A stretch of 32,000 nucleotides of DNA from Methylophaga frappieri (GTDB lineage: Bacteria > Pseudomonadota > Gammaproteobacteria > Nitrosococcales > Methylophagaceae): NCBI RefSeq assembly GCF_000260965.1, contig NC_017856.1, positions 2,370,001 through 2,402,000 of the forward strand, read 5' to 3'. Made by a program: the position numbers and the translations under genes. Below, piece by piece: positions 1 through 9,867 of this stretch; the first letter of the stretch is position 1, and every line of letters begins with the position of its first letter. The notes under the pieces are model-generated. The model was given only the letters and a program-made list of their open reading frames with translations, ran no database searches and was not told the DNA's origin.

Positions 1-462
1 AGTTCGGTGTTTGCCTTAGTGCATGACGTGGTATTAACCGTGGGCTTTTTTGCCTTGTTCGAGCTGCAATTTGATTTAACGATATTGGCGGCGATTCTTG
101 CTGTTATTGGTTACTCTCTGAATGACACCATTGTGGTATTTGACCGTATTCGTGAGAATTTCCTGAAACTGAGAAATGCCGAGCCACCCGAGGTGATTAA
201 TGTCTCCGTGAATGGCACACTGGGGAGAACCATCATGACCTCAATGACCACTTTGCTGGTCGTCATCTCGTTATTCATTTTTGGTGGTGAAGTGATTCAT
301 GGCTTTGCCATGGCTTTACTGGTTGGTATTGTTATTGGTACCTATTCTTCAATTTACATCGCCGGTAGCAGTATTTTGTTATTAGGCGTTAGCAAATATG
401 ATTTGTTGCCACCAGAAAAAGAGAATGATGATGCTGTCGGATCGGACGGTAGCCAAGTGTAA
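1..462 (+). CDS. secF: Protein-export membrane protein SecF, C-terminal part (5' end outside window)
   Basis: Frame 1 is open from nt 1. The translation contains ...IGYSLNDTIVVFDRIRENF... followed by hydrophobic helices typical of the SecF C-terminus. TAA at 460-462. Confidence 0.9.
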   Translation, partial: SSVFALVHDVVLTVGFFALFELQFDLTILAAILAVIGYSLNDTIVVFDRIRENFLKLRNAEPPEVINVSVNGTLGRTIMTSMTTLLVVISLFIFGGEVIHGFAMALLVGIVIGTYSSIYIAGSSILLLGVSKYDLLPPEKENDDAVGSDGSQV

Positions 463-573
463 TCTGGTCGGCGCCTGATTGTTGAAATCTGCTTTGGTCA
501 AATGATGTATTAGCTTGCCGGGTGAGTGGCAAGCAGAATGAAGTGCATGATGCGCCAGCGACGATACAAAAAA

Positions 574-1158
574 TCAGACCGCATTGTATCGAAAACAGCT
601 TTCAACATGATCGTTGATCATGCCCGTTGCCTGCATGAGTGCGTAGATTACGGTACTGCCGACAAATTTGAAGCCACGCTTTTTTAAATCCTGGCTAAGC
701 GCATCACTTTGTTTACTGGTTGCTGGGATAGCTTGTTCGTGCTGCCACTGGTTTTGTATGGGGGCGTGATTGACAAAACCCCATATATAGTGAGTGAAGC
801 TGCCAAATTCCTGCTGTATTGCCATAAAAGCGCGCGCATTGACAATCGCTGAATACACTTTCAATTTATTGCGAATGATTCCTTTATTCTTTAGTAAGGC
901 ATCGATTTTGGACTGATCGTATTCGGCGATTTTGGTGTAATCGAAATTATCAAAAGCTTTGCGAAAGTTTTCTCGTTTGCGAAGGATGGTTATCCAGCTG
1001 AGACCGGCCTGAAAGGTTTCCAGTAATAAAAATTCAAACATCGTGCTGTCATCGCGTACTGGTACACCCCACTCTTTGTCATGGTAAGCAACGTAGAGCG
1101 GATCCGTTCCACACCATTGACAGCGTATTTTTACGGATTTCGGATTGCTTGCGGTCAT
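574..1158 (-). CDS. tag: DNA-3-methyladenine glycosylase I
   Basis: The 194-aa product aligns by eye along its full length with E. coli Tag (CxWCxxDPLYxxYHDxEWGVP, QAGLSWITILxKRENF, KKRGFKFVGxT, NDHxxxC). Confidence 0.93.
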   Translation of the reverse strand: MTASNPKSVKIRCQWCGTDPLYVAYHDKEWGVPVRDDSTMFEFLLLETFQAGLSWITILRKRENFRKAFDNFDYTKIAEYDQSKIDALLKNKGIIRNKLKVYSAIVNARAFMAIQQEFGSFTHYIWGFVNHAPIQNQWQHEQAIPATSKQSDALSQDLKKRGFKFVGSTVIYALMQATGMINDHVESCFRYNAV

Positions 1159-1205
1159 GGTTGATTGGATTGAGAGTGGCGATAAAGCAAAGGATAATGG
1201 GTATT

Positions 1206-1445
1206 TTAGCGGGGTTGATGGGCAGGGTAACCAGCGTGGGCTTTCGCCACTGGTAAGGCAATGATCTCAGCAGAGGCAGGCTGGCAGGCATCATTGGCAG
1301 AACCCACTGACTCGACGCTAAGAATACGCAAGCCGGCGTAGTCACTGCGATAGCTCATAAAGGTCGCAAATTCTTCCAGCCCCTGCATGATCTGTCGTAA
1401 CTCCAGTTCAGCGCTGCGCCCTAATTTAGCCATGTTGTTGCTCAC
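1206..1445 (-). CDS. Hypothetical small protein (79 aa from GTG 1445, or 75 aa from ATG 1433); coding status uncertain
   Basis: It is the only ORF above 60 aa in the 447-bp tag/YVTN spacer and lies on the same strand as tag, 47 nt upstream. I recognise no family, and there is only a weak SD-like GTGAG upstream of the internal ATG. Confidence 0.3.
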   Translation of the reverse strand: MSNNMAKLGRSAELELRQIMQGLEEFATFMSYRSDYAGLRILSVESVGSANDACQPASAEIIALPVAKAHAGYPAHQPR

Positions 1446-1605
1446 TTAGATTATCAATCTCAAAGAGTGTATCGACCGCTATTCTGATTTCTTGAAAAAA
1501 AGCATGGCTGCAGTAATCGCGTGGGTTTGATACGCTATATTTTGTGAACGTAAAGTAAAATATCTTCGTAGCAGGTCATATCAGTTCAATAGCAGGGCTA
1601 GCCTT

Positions 1606-2559
1606 ATGATAAAGTCAATATTGATCAGCGTTTTGATGTTGAATACGGCCGTTATGGCTGATGATCCCACCTATCGTTTATTTGCAACCAATGAGCGTGA
1701 CAATACTTTATCTGTTATAAACAGCCAGACGCTGAAAGTTGAAGAGACTATCAATATTGGTTTGCGGCCAAGAGGCATCGGTTTTTCAACAGATCGTAAG
1801 CTACTCTATGTTGTTGCCAGTAATGAAAACAAGATTGTCGTTGTCGATCCGAAAACACTCGAGATAATAAAAAAAATTGACACGGGCGAAGAGCCTGAAA
1901 CCTTTGCGGTTAATCCCAAAAATGGCTATTTGGTGACCTCAAGTGAATATGATGGTGAAGCTGTGTTTATCGATCCACAAGCGAACGAGAAAGTTGCCAT
2001 CGTTAAAGTGGGTATTGAGCCAGAAGGCGCCGCAGTGTCACCAGATGGCCAATATGCCTTGGTAAGCAGTGAATCCAGTAATCTGGTGCATATCATTGAG
2101 ACCGACACCTATGAGGTGATCGCCAATATTGTTGTTGCTGCAAGGCCGCGGGGATTGTCATTTGGTCGCGATGGCAAATTTGCCTATGTTGCCAGCGAAA
2201 TTGGTCGTGAAGTCAGCATGATTAGCATGGAGACGCTGAAAGTGGTCAAAAAGTCACCAATTGCTGTTGAAGATGCAAAGCCAATGGCGATTGTGGTCAG
2301 TCCAGACAATCGTTATTTATATATTTCCATGGGGCGGGCAAATTCGGTAGCGATGATGGATGCAAAAACACTGGATATGATTGCCAATATTGGCGTTGGT
2401 GAGCGCGTCTGGGGTATGGCGATTTCACGGGATGGCAAATATTTATATAGCGCCGATGGTATCAGTGGCACGATTTCAGTCATTGATACCGATAAAAAAC
2501 AACGTATTAATAGTATCAAAGTAGGCTCGTACCCTTGGGGAGTTGCACTGGATGATTAG
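1606..2559 (+). CDS. Secreted YVTN-family beta-propeller repeat protein (resembles the PQQ-dependent-catabolism-associated propeller family)
   Basis: N-terminal signal-like peptide MIKSILISVLMLNTAVMA/DD. About seven ~42-aa repeats carry the motif [RE]PxG.....S.DG+.xY (for example RPRGIGFSTDRKLLYV, EPEGAAVSPDGQYALV, RPRGLSFGRDGKFAYV, RVWGMAISRDGKYLYS). Confidence 0.8.
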   Translation: MIKSILISVLMLNTAVMADDPTYRLFATNERDNTLSVINSQTLKVEETINIGLRPRGIGFSTDRKLLYVVASNENKIVVVDPKTLEIIKKIDTGEEPETFAVNPKNGYLVTSSEYDGEAVFIDPQANEKVAIVKVGIEPEGAAVSPDGQYALVSSESSNLVHIIETDTYEVIANIVVAARPRGLSFGRDGKFAYVASEIGREVSMISMETLKVVKKSPIAVEDAKPMAIVVSPDNRYLYISMGRANSVAMMDAKTLDMIANIGVGERVWGMAISRDGKYLYSADGISGTISVIDTDKKQRINSIKVGSYPWGVALDD

Positions 2560-2587
2560 TTTCGATGGTGACAGTTATCTTGTGGTT

Positions 2588-2612
2588 AAGACCGGCGATG
2601 GCCGGTTTTTTT
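2588..2612 (+). terminator. Rho-independent terminator downstream of the beta-propeller gene
   Basis: ACCGGC (2591-2596) pairs with GCCGGT (2601-2606) around loop GATG. The stem is extendable by AAG/TTT and is followed by a T6 run at 2607-2612. Confidence 0.6.
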
Positions 2613-2634
2613 GTCAGTAGCGTGATAGCCGGTT

Positions 2635-3159
2635 ATGATGCCCGCCATGACAGTATTTTCCCGATTGTTTGATATTTGCCTGTTTAGAGACAGTCCGGCA
2701 TCACTTCCCGCGTCTTCACAGTGGTTATTCACATTTTCATTCGCTTATTTGCTGGCTGGTATCGCGATAAACAGAATGGATAGTGACTGGGGTTTCAGTA
2801 TTGCTGTGAGCCTTGCTGACCTCGCATTCTTGCTTGGTTTCTGCTGGCTGTTATTGTGGTGCTTTCAAAATGCGGCCAGATGGACTCAGACCAGTATTGC
2901 GCTGATGGGAACAGGGGTGTTTTTCGGGGTATTGGCAATGCCTTTCTTAAAACCGATTTATCAGGCAACCGACGAAACACAATTGGCAGGCTGGTTAATC
3001 TTTATGCCCTTGGTGATTCTGATTTGGGCATTAATGGTAGTTGCACACATTTTGCGCAGTGCAATCGATTGTCGTGCCGGTACGGCGGTCGCCTGGACGT
3101 GTCTCTATGTGGTGTTCTCGATACTTATTTCAACCTTGGTGATGACAGCGATCGCTTAA
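2635..3159 (+). CDS. Hypothetical integral membrane protein (about 4-5 TM helices)
   Basis: The 174-aa product is very hydrophobic. Its stop overlaps the mpl start (TAATG at 3157-3161), suggesting co-translation with mpl. The exact start is uncertain (ATG at 2635, 2638 or 2647). No family recognised. Confidence 0.6.
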   Translation: MMPAMTVFSRLFDICLFRDSPASLPASSQWLFTFSFAYLLAGIAINRMDSDWGFSIAVSLADLAFLLGFCWLLLWCFQNAARWTQTSIALMGTGVFFGVLAMPFLKPIYQATDETQLAGWLIFMPLVILIWALMVVAHILRSAIDCRAGTAVAWTCLYVVFSILISTLVMTAIA

Positions 3160-4508
3160 TGCATATACATATTCTCGGCATTTGTGGGACATTTATGGGC
3201 GGGCTGGCAATGCTTGCTCGGCAAATGGGATATCAGGTTACAGGCAGTGACAGTAACGTTTATCCTCCAATGAGTGATCAATTAGCTGCGGCGGGCATTG
3301 ATGTCATGTCGGGATACGCTCCCGAACACCTGCAACCGGCACCCGATCTCGTAGTCATGGGCAATGCCATGAGTCGTGGTAATGCGGCCGTCGAATATGT
3401 GCTGAATAAAGGGCTGCCTTATACTTCTGGGCCACAGTGGCTGGCGGAAAATGTGCTGCCCGAACGTTGGGTATTAGCGGTATCTGGCACCCATGGTAAA
3501 ACCACGACTTCCTCTATGCTGGCACACATTTTGACTTTTGCCGGGTTAAGTCCTGGATTTCTTATTGGTGGGGTGCCGGGTGACTTTGGTGTATCGGCGC
3601 GGTTAGGTGAGACACCTTTCTTTGTCATTGAGGCGGATGAGTACGATACAGCTTTCTTTGATAAACGGGCCAAATTTGTCCACTATCGACCGCGGACCTT
3701 GCTAGTGAATAATCTGGAATTTGATCATGCTGATATTTATGCTGATCTGGCGGCAATCCAGACACAATTCCACCACCTGATTCGAACCGTCCCTGGCGAC
3801 GGACTGATTTTGTCGCCGGTTAATGTGCCGGCGATTGATGATATGTTGGCTCGGGGCTGCTGGAGCAACCGGCAACAATTGGGCCAAAATGCGGATTGGC
3901 AGGTCATATCATATCAGAATGATGGTAGCCATTTTAAAGTCCAGCATGGCAACGAAACAGCCGAAATTTCTTGGTCGCTTCTGGGACAGCATAATATTGC
4001 CAATGCGCTAGGTGCGGTGGCTGCCGCACATCATGTCGGGGTGACATTGGCCGTGGCGGCACAGGCATTAAGTTGTTTTAAAGGGGTTAAACGGCGTCTG
4101 GAATTACGTGGTGAAGTCGCTGGTGTTGCGGTATATGATGATTTTGCTCATCATCCCACAGCAATCAAAACCACGTTGGCAGGCTTACGTGACAATAACC
4201 GAAATGGCCGATTACTCGCCGTATTTGAACCCCGGTCTAATACGATGAAAATGGGCGTGCATCAGGAAACACTAGGCGCATCATTTCATGATGCAGATCA
4301 GGTGTTCTGGTATCAGGATGGAGAGCAGAACTGGTCTTTGCAGTCCGTGAAAAAATGCTTAGAACAAAAGTTGTTTATGACGGATAACATTGATAACTTG
4401 GTTGAGACGGTCATCGGTCAAGCACAACCTGGCGACAAAATAGTGATCATGAGTAACGGTGGCTTTGCCGGTATTCATGATCGTATCTTGCAAGGGTTGG
4501 CCTCATGA
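3159..4508 (+). CDS. mpl: UDP-N-acetylmuramate:L-alanyl-gamma-D-glutamyl-meso-diaminopimelate ligase (murein peptide ligase)
   Basis: From ATG 3159 the product MHIHILGICGTFMGGLAMLARQMGYQVTGSD... is collinear with E. coli Mpl (449 aa), including GTHGKTTT, EADEYDTAFFDKR and NLEFDHADI. The ORF-track start at 2856 is an upstream extension. Confidence 0.92.
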   Translation: MHIHILGICGTFMGGLAMLARQMGYQVTGSDSNVYPPMSDQLAAAGIDVMSGYAPEHLQPAPDLVVMGNAMSRGNAAVEYVLNKGLPYTSGPQWLAENVLPERWVLAVSGTHGKTTTSSMLAHILTFAGLSPGFLIGGVPGDFGVSARLGETPFFVIEADEYDTAFFDKRAKFVHYRPRTLLVNNLEFDHADIYADLAAIQTQFHHLIRTVPGDGLILSPVNVPAIDDMLARGCWSNRQQLGQNADWQVISYQNDGSHFKVQHGNETAEISWSLLGQHNIANALGAVAAAHHVGVTLAVAAQALSCFKGVKRRLELRGEVAGVAVYDDFAHHPTAIKTTLAGLRDNNRNGRLLAVFEPRSNTMKMGVHQETLGASFHDADQVFWYQDGEQNWSLQSVKKCLEQKLFMTDNIDNLVETVIGQAQPGDKIVIMSNGGFAGIHDRILQGLAS

Positions 4509-5113
4509 CGGATCCACAGCAAATTGCGTTAGCAATTACTGGCGCATCAGGCGCACCTTATGCAAAAAGATTGATGTCGGCTTTGCTGGCGGAAAAAATG
4601 ATTGTTCATGTCATGATTTCCACTGCCGGGCGGTTGGTCTTGGCTGATGAGCTCAACTGGAAATTACCATCCCGCCCCAGTGATTGCCAAAAAAAACTGG
4701 TGAGCGAGTTTAACTGCGAGTCGGAACAGGTTCGCGTTTATGGTGAACAACAGTGGTCTTCTCCCCTAGCAAGTGGCTCGCATCGGGTTCCCACGATGAT
4801 AGTTTGTCCGTGTACTATGGGGACCTTATCGGCAATCGCCTGTGGCGCAAGTGATAATCTTATTAACCGCGCGGCGGATGTCATGATTAAAGAGCAACGC
4901 AAACTCATTATGGTGCCGAGAGAGGCGCCATTTTCGGCCATTCATTTAGAAAATATGTTGAAACTGGCTCGGCTTGGCGTTTGTATTCTCCCGCCTAGTC
5001 CCGGTTTTTATTATCAGCCACAAACGATTGAAGACGTTATCGATTTTGTTGTTGCCCGGATTCTTGATCAGGCTGGCATTTCACATACATTGCAGCCCCG
5101 CTGGGGGGAGTAA
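4505..5113 (+). CDS. ubiX: Flavin prenyltransferase UbiX
   Basis: IALAITGASGAPYAKRL..., CPCTMGTLSAIACGASDNLINRAADV and KLIMVPREAPFS are typical UbiX/Pad1 motifs. ATGA overlap with the mpl stop. Confidence 0.9.
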   Translation: MTDPQQIALAITGASGAPYAKRLMSALLAEKMIVHVMISTAGRLVLADELNWKLPSRPSDCQKKLVSEFNCESEQVRVYGEQQWSSPLASGSHRVPTMIVCPCTMGTLSAIACGASDNLINRAADVMIKEQRKLIMVPREAPFSAIHLENMLKLARLGVCILPPSPGFYYQPQTIEDVIDFVVARILDQAGISHTLQPRWGE

Positions 5114-5187
5114 GTTCGACAGCAGGGCAGGTGCCAGCTGACGTATAATCGGACTATCAAGTCAACATTCAACGATAGGACTGTCCT

Positions 5188-6861
5188 ATGTCTGATATTG
5201 AAATTGCCCAACAGGCCAATATGTTACCGGTGTTTGATTTGGCCCAGAAAAAACTGGGTATTCAGGCGGATGACCTAGATAGTTATGGCCGTTTTAAGGC
5301 CAAAGTCTCGTTACAAGTACTACAGCAACGCGCGCAAAAACCAGATGGCAAGCTGATCTTGGTGACAGCAATCAGTCCAACGCCCGCCGGAGAAGGGAAA
5401 ACCACGACGACTATCGGCTTAAGTGATGGTTTGAATCGAATAGGCAAAAAGGCGATTGTCTGTATTCGTGAACCATCCATGGGTCCATGCTTTGGTATGA
5501 AAGGCGGGGCGGCCGGTGGTGGGCATGCCCAAGTTGTGCCGATGGAAGATATTAATCTGCATTTCACTGGGGATTTTCATGCCATTGCGTCAGCGCATAA
5601 CCTGTTGGCTGCCATGATTGATAATCATATTCATCATGGCAATGCGCTACAGTTGGATACTCGAAAAGTCACCTGGCAACGGGTGATGGATATGAACGAT
5701 CGTGCCCTGCGTGAGGTTACAGTCGGGCTGGGCGGGCCGGCTAATGGCTTTAGCCGCACCGATCATTTTGACATTGTTGTTGCTTCTGAAGTGATGGCAA
5801 TTTTTTGTTTATCCGGCTCCTTATCAGAACTGAAACAACGCCTGGGCGAGATACTAATCGGCTACAGTTTTGATGGTACTCCGCGTTTTGCGCGTGAATT
5901 GCAGGCTCACGGTGCCATGGCAGCGTTGCTCAAAGAAGCGCTCAAACCTAATCTGGTTCAAACATTGGAAAATAACCTGGCGTTTGTGCATGGCGGTCCC
6001 TTTGCCAATATTGCGCATGGCTGTAACTCCGTGATAGCAACCAGAATGGCGTTGAAGCTTGGCGATTATGTGGTCACAGAGGCGGGATTTGGTGCCGATC
6101 TGGGTGCCGAAAAGTTTATTAATATCAAGTGTCGAAAAGCCGGTTTAAAACCAGATATGGCGGTGGTAGTCGCCACGGTCAGAGCCCTCAAGTATCATGG
6201 AGGAATGGCGCTTGATCAGCTTGGCATGTTGGATACGCATGCTTTGCAACGGGGGCTTGAAAATTTAAAACGCCATGTCAATAACTTGCAGCAAGCATTC
6301 AAATTACCGTGTGTCGTCGCCATTAATCATTTTGACCAAGATCAGGATGATGAAATCGCACAAGTTGAACAAGCAGTGTTGGAAATGGGTGCCAAAGTGG
6401 TATTAGCACGACATTGGGCAGAAGGGGGTAAAGGCGCAGAAACGCTGGCTCAAGCTGTGGTTGATACTTTGGAAAATCATGCCCATGCCACCTGCCAATT
6501 CCTGTATCCAGACGATCAACCGCTCTGGGAAAAAATTCAAACCGTAGCCAAAAAGCTGTACGGTGCCGAACAAGTCATTGCCGATAGTAAGGTAATGAAA
6601 AAATTGAAAAAATTCGCTGAAAAATATGATCATTTGCCAGTTTGTATGGCTAAAACACCTTATTCCTTCGGGAGTGATCCAACCATGCGCGGTGTACCGC
6701 AGCCGCACCAGTTGGCTGTCCGCGATGTCCGTTTATCTCATGGTGCCGGTTTTGTGGTGGTTTTATGTGGCGATATTATGACCATGCCGGGTTTACCCAA
6801 AAATCCCGCAGCAGAACGGATTGATATTGATGACAGAGGCGTCATTCAAGGGTTGTTTTAA
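5188..6861 (+). CDS. fhs: Formate--tetrahydrofolate ligase
   Basis: 557 aa with the SDIEIAQ N-terminus, the P-loop-like [14 protein letters not shown] motif and a full-length FTHFS-like sequence. Confidence 0.95.
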   Translation: MSDIEIAQQANMLPVFDLAQKKLGIQADDLDSYGRFKAKVSLQVLQQRAQKPDGKLILVTAISPTPAGEGKTTTTIGLSDGLNRIGKKAIVCIREPSMGPCFGMKGGAAGGGHAQVVPMEDINLHFTGDFHAIASAHNLLAAMIDNHIHHGNALQLDTRKVTWQRVMDMNDRALREVTVGLGGPANGFSRTDHFDIVVASEVMAIFCLSGSLSELKQRLGEILIGYSFDGTPRFARELQAHGAMAALLKEALKPNLVQTLENNLAFVHGGPFANIAHGCNSVIATRMALKLGDYVVTEAGFGADLGAEKFINIKCRKAGLKPDMAVVVATVRALKYHGGMALDQLGMLDTHALQRGLENLKRHVNNLQQAFKLPCVVAINHFDQDQDDEIAQVEQAVLEMGAKVVLARHWAEGGKGAETLAQAVVDTLENHAHATCQFLYPDDQPLWEKIQTVAKKLYGAEQVIADSKVMKKLKKFAEKYDHLPVCMAKTPYSFGSDPTMRGVPQPHQLAVRDVRLSHGAGFVVVLCGDIMTMPGLPKNPAAERIDIDDRGVIQGLF

Positions 6862-8525
6862 CCGCGCCGTTTTAAGCTAAACATAAGTAACGCGCCACCC
6901 CATAAACCGAATAACCAGCTTAATAGGGGAATGCCTGCAAGCATGGGGGGAGCGAAGCCATCCAAGCCTTTTATGATGGCAGCACCAACAATAAAAGCGG
7001 CACCAGACACGGCTGCCGCGGTTCGATAACTGCTGTCTCGAATTTCCTGGCGAATATGTTGCAAATCGTGCGTGGAAAGCTGCATCGTGAGAGCACCGGA
7101 CTGGGCTTTCTGTGTCAATTCATAAAGTTGGCGCGGTAAGGTCGGCAGAGTTTCCGCCCAAGTTGGGGCCTCTTGTTGCAAGGTTTTCCAGGCTGCTTGC
7201 CAGCCTAGTTTTTCCTGCATCCACTTTTCCAGAATGGGTTTGGCGGTCTGCCAGAGATCCAGATCTGGATATAGCTGGCGGCCAAGTCCTTCAATGTTCA
7301 GCAGTGTTTTTTGTAGTAATACCAGCTGTGGTTGTATTTGCATGTTAAACCGCCGTGCGGTTTGAAATAAACGCAGCAGCAGCTGGCCAAACGAAATTTC
7401 CTTCAAAGGACGAGCAAAAATTGGCTCGCAGACACTGCGAATGGCAGATTCAAATTCATCCAGTCGTGTATCTGGCGGCACCCAACCTGACTGAACATGT
7501 AATTCCGCAACACGACGATAATCATGATTGAAAAAGGCGAGAAAATTTTCAGCCAAATAGCGTTGGTCATCGGGCGCCAAGGTACCCATAATGCCGAAAT
7601 CAATCGCAATGTATCGTGGATTGTGGGCATCACTGACATCAACCAAGATGTTACCTGGATGCATGTCAGCATGAAAAAAGCTATGTTTGAATACCTGAGT
7701 AAAAAATATTTCCACCCCGACTGCGGCAAGACGGGCGAGATCAACGTGATGCTCTGCCAAACGCTGCATGTCGCTAATTGGCACACCAAATACCCGTTCC
7801 TGAACCAGGATGTTGGGACGGCACAAAGGCCAGTAAATTTCTGGTACATACAGTAACCGGGCGTCGGCAAAGTTGCGTTTTAATTGTGATGCCGAAGCGG
7901 CTTCACGCAACATATCTAATTCATCAAATAGATTTTTTTCCATTTCAGCAACGACTTCACGCGGTCTCAGTCGTTTGCCTTCGGACCAGTAACGCTCGGC
8001 AAGTCCAGCCAGCGTGTAGAGTAGATCGACATCACGTCGAATCACTTTTTCAATTCCGGGGCGAACGAGTTTAATAATGACTTGTTTACCATCCGGTAAT
8101 GTGGCGGCATGCACCTGGGCAATGGACGCAGAGGCTAAGGGCGTTGGGTCAATTTCGGCAAATAGTGTATCGATAGCCTCATCAGGATAAGCCTCATGAA
8201 TCAGTGCTAATGCCTGATCGCTAGGAAAGGGGGCAACGCGGTCTTGGAGTTTAGCTAACTCATCGGCGATATCATCAGGCAGTAAATCGCGCCGCGTAGA
8301 CAGGATTTGGCCAAATTTGACGAATATCGGTCCCAAATCCTGTAATGCCAGTCGGAGTCGTTCGCCACGCGGTTGTTGAGTGGCTTTTCGCCAACGGTAA
8401 GGCGACAACCAACTCACGAAACGCAAGGGCCGAAAGACATGTAATGCGAGAATAAACTCATCCAGTCGGTGGCGACTAAAGACCTGATTAATCTGGAAGA
8501 GTCGGGTTATCTGGCTCAGTTTCAT
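6858..8525 (-). CDS. ubiB: Ubiquinone biosynthesis protein kinase-like UbiB
   Basis: 555 aa with ABC1/UbiB motifs ([39 protein letters not shown]) and C-terminal TM helices. ATGA overlap with the ubiJ stop. Confidence 0.93.
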   Translation of the reverse strand: MKLSQITRLFQINQVFSRHRLDEFILALHVFRPLRFVSWLSPYRWRKATQQPRGERLRLALQDLGPIFVKFGQILSTRRDLLPDDIADELAKLQDRVAPFPSDQALALIHEAYPDEAIDTLFAEIDPTPLASASIAQVHAATLPDGKQVIIKLVRPGIEKVIRRDVDLLYTLAGLAERYWSEGKRLRPREVVAEMEKNLFDELDMLREAASASQLKRNFADARLLYVPEIYWPLCRPNILVQERVFGVPISDMQRLAEHHVDLARLAAVGVEIFFTQVFKHSFFHADMHPGNILVDVSDAHNPRYIAIDFGIMGTLAPDDQRYLAENFLAFFNHDYRRVAELHVQSGWVPPDTRLDEFESAIRSVCEPIFARPLKEISFGQLLLRLFQTARRFNMQIQPQLVLLQKTLLNIEGLGRQLYPDLDLWQTAKPILEKWMQEKLGWQAAWKTLQQEAPTWAETLPTLPRQLYELTQKAQSGALTMQLSTHDLQHIRQEIRDSSYRTAAAVSGAAFIVGAAIIKGLDGFAPPMLAGIPLLSWLFGLWGGALLMFSLKRRG

Positions 8526-9121
8526 GCGGATTTTCCGGTGGTTAGGCCAAGCCGTCTAATACGCGCTTCTAGCCGCTCCATATCGGCATGAAGATTATCG
8601 ACTTGTTGCATGAAATGGGCGACTTCAACGGCATCAGGCAACAGACGTGCTTCTTCTCTAAGATATTCTGCTGTGCTTAGTTCAATACTGTTCATGCTTT
8701 GTTTCAGCCAGCCAGCCGTCTGCCTAAGTTGCTTTGTCAGAGGACCGGCGAGGGTATCACCAGTCAGCCGAGCAATTTGAGATTCCCAATCAAACTCAAA
8801 GTTATCCAGCCAATCCTGCAATTGTTTGGCAAATTGAACATCGCCCAGAATTTGGATATGCGATGAAAATAAATTATCAGGATGTCTAGCGACATCGATC
8901 AAGGCACTGAGCGGTGCGGCTATCATTAAATCTGCGACCGCATCCTGACCATCATTCACAATGAGATTATTCGTCTCAAATTCAATGCAAACTGCTTTCT
9001 GCCAATCAGTGAGTTCAATACGAACGCTTCGGCCTGTAAAAGCCGTCATTGCTGCCAAGCTGTCTGGATCAGCTTGCAGAGCCTGGTTGAGCGCAAACGT
9101 CAGTGGCGATAACAACAGCAT
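8522..9121 (-). CDS. ubiJ: Ubiquinone biosynthesis accessory factor UbiJ (SCP2-domain protein)
   Basis: 199 aa, located between ubiE and ubiB as in E. coli ubiE-yigP-ubiB. It has an SCP2-like N-terminal half and an amphipathic C-terminal helix. The call is partly positional. Confidence 0.75.
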   Translation of the reverse strand: MLLLSPLTFALNQALQADPDSLAAMTAFTGRSVRIELTDWQKAVCIEFETNNLIVNDGQDAVADLMIAAPLSALIDVARHPDNLFSSHIQILGDVQFAKQLQDWLDNFEFDWESQIARLTGDTLAGPLTKQLRQTAGWLKQSMNSIELSTAEYLREEARLLPDAVEVAHFMQQVDNLHADMERLEARIRRLGLTTGKSA

Positions 9122-9867
9122 CAGAATTTATAGCCACGATGGAGTGCGACAATGCCAGCACTCATATTTTGATAAGTACTCCGCTCAAAACCTGCATCTT
9201 GCATCATCTGTTTCAGGGTTGACTGATCCGGGTGCATACGGATTGATTCGGCAAGATATTGATAACTTTCTGCATCTCCAGTGAATTGTTTGCCGAGCGT
9301 GGGTAAAACGCGGAACGAGTATTGGTCATAAATCGGTGCTAACCAACCGGCCGGTTTGGAAAATTCCAGCACCATTAACTGTCCACCGGGGCGTAGCACT
9401 CGGAACATTGAACGCAATGCTTTATCTTTATCGGTGACGTTGCGCAGTCCAAAGGCAATAGTAATTACGTCAAAATAATTGTCGGGGAAAGGGAGCGATT
9501 CTGCATTTGCCTGAACATAAGCAATGTTGCCAGCTTTACCGCGATCAATCAGCCTGTCGCGACCCACATTCAGCATAGAGGCATTGATATCAGCCAGGAC
9601 AACCTTACCTTGCGGACCAACCAGATCTGCAAACTTCGCCGTCAAATCACCCGTGCCGCCGGCAATATCTAAAACAGATGCGCCTGGTCGAACCCCGCTT
9701 TGTTGTATGGTAATCCACTTCCAAAAACGGTGAACACCCAGTGACATTAAATCGTTCATCAGGTCGTAACGACTGGCGACCGAATGAAAAACATCAGCAA
9801 CGTGATTGGCTTTTTCAGAAACAGGGACTTCTTTATAACCAAAATGGGTGGTTTGGGGCTTTGTCAT
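9121..9867 (-). CDS. ubiE: Demethylmenaquinone/2-methoxy-6-polyprenyl-1,4-benzoquinol methyltransferase UbiE
   Basis: From ATG 9867 the product [42 protein letters not shown]... carries the SAM motif [12 protein letters not shown] 248-aa length fits UbiE. The ORF-track start at 9924 would add 19 non-homologous residues. Confidence 0.92.
   Translation of the reverse strand: MTKPQTTHFGYKEVPVSEKANHVADVFHSVASRYDLMNDLMSLGVHRFWKWITIQQSGVRPGASVLDIAGGTGDLTAKFADLVGPQGKVVLADINASMLNVGRDRLIDRGKAGNIAYVQANAESLPFPDNYFDVITIAFGLRNVTDKDKALRSMFRVLRPGGQLMVLEFSKPAGWLAPIYDQYSFRVLPTLGKQFTGDAESYQYLAESIRMHPDQSTLKQMMQDAGFERSTYQNMSAGIVALHRGYKF

Noticed and set aside
513-534. GCTTGCC/GGCAAGC hairpin between the convergent secF and tag genes, considered as a bidirectional terminator.
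   Set aside because: The stem is only 7 bp with an 8-nt loop, and there is no T-run on either strand. That is too weak to call.
1221-1259. Cobalamin-riboswitch-like strings on the plus strand (GGGTAACCAGCG...CGCCACTGGTAAGG).
   Set aside because: Only a GCCACTG-like heptamer and a GGGNAA-like string match. No B12-box (..GAGACCTGCC) follows on the same strand in the right order, and the expected GGTG/AATCC pairing is absent. The downstream gene is 350 nt away and not cobalamin-related.
1079-1345. An 88-aa ORF spanning the tag start and the orphan ORF.
   Set aside because: It overlaps the well-supported tag N-terminus out of frame, and its product looks like random sequence.
2856-3158. A 101-codon N-terminal extension of the mpl ORF (ORF-track start 2856).
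   Set aside because: It overlaps the membrane-protein gene in another frame. Homology to Mpl begins exactly at MHIHILGICGTFMGG (ATG 3159), which forms a TAATG junction with the upstream gene.
5144-5149. A perfect TATAAT upstream of fhs, considered as a promoter -10.
   Set aside because: There is no acceptable -35 at 16-18 nt (AGCAGG) and no proper TGn extended -10. It may still be a weak promoter, but the sequence does not support a call.
7403-7870. A 155-aa same-strand alternative-frame ORF and a 110-aa opposite-strand ORF inside ubiB.
   Set aside because: Both are fully embedded in a confidently assigned gene, and neither has an independent homology or start signal.
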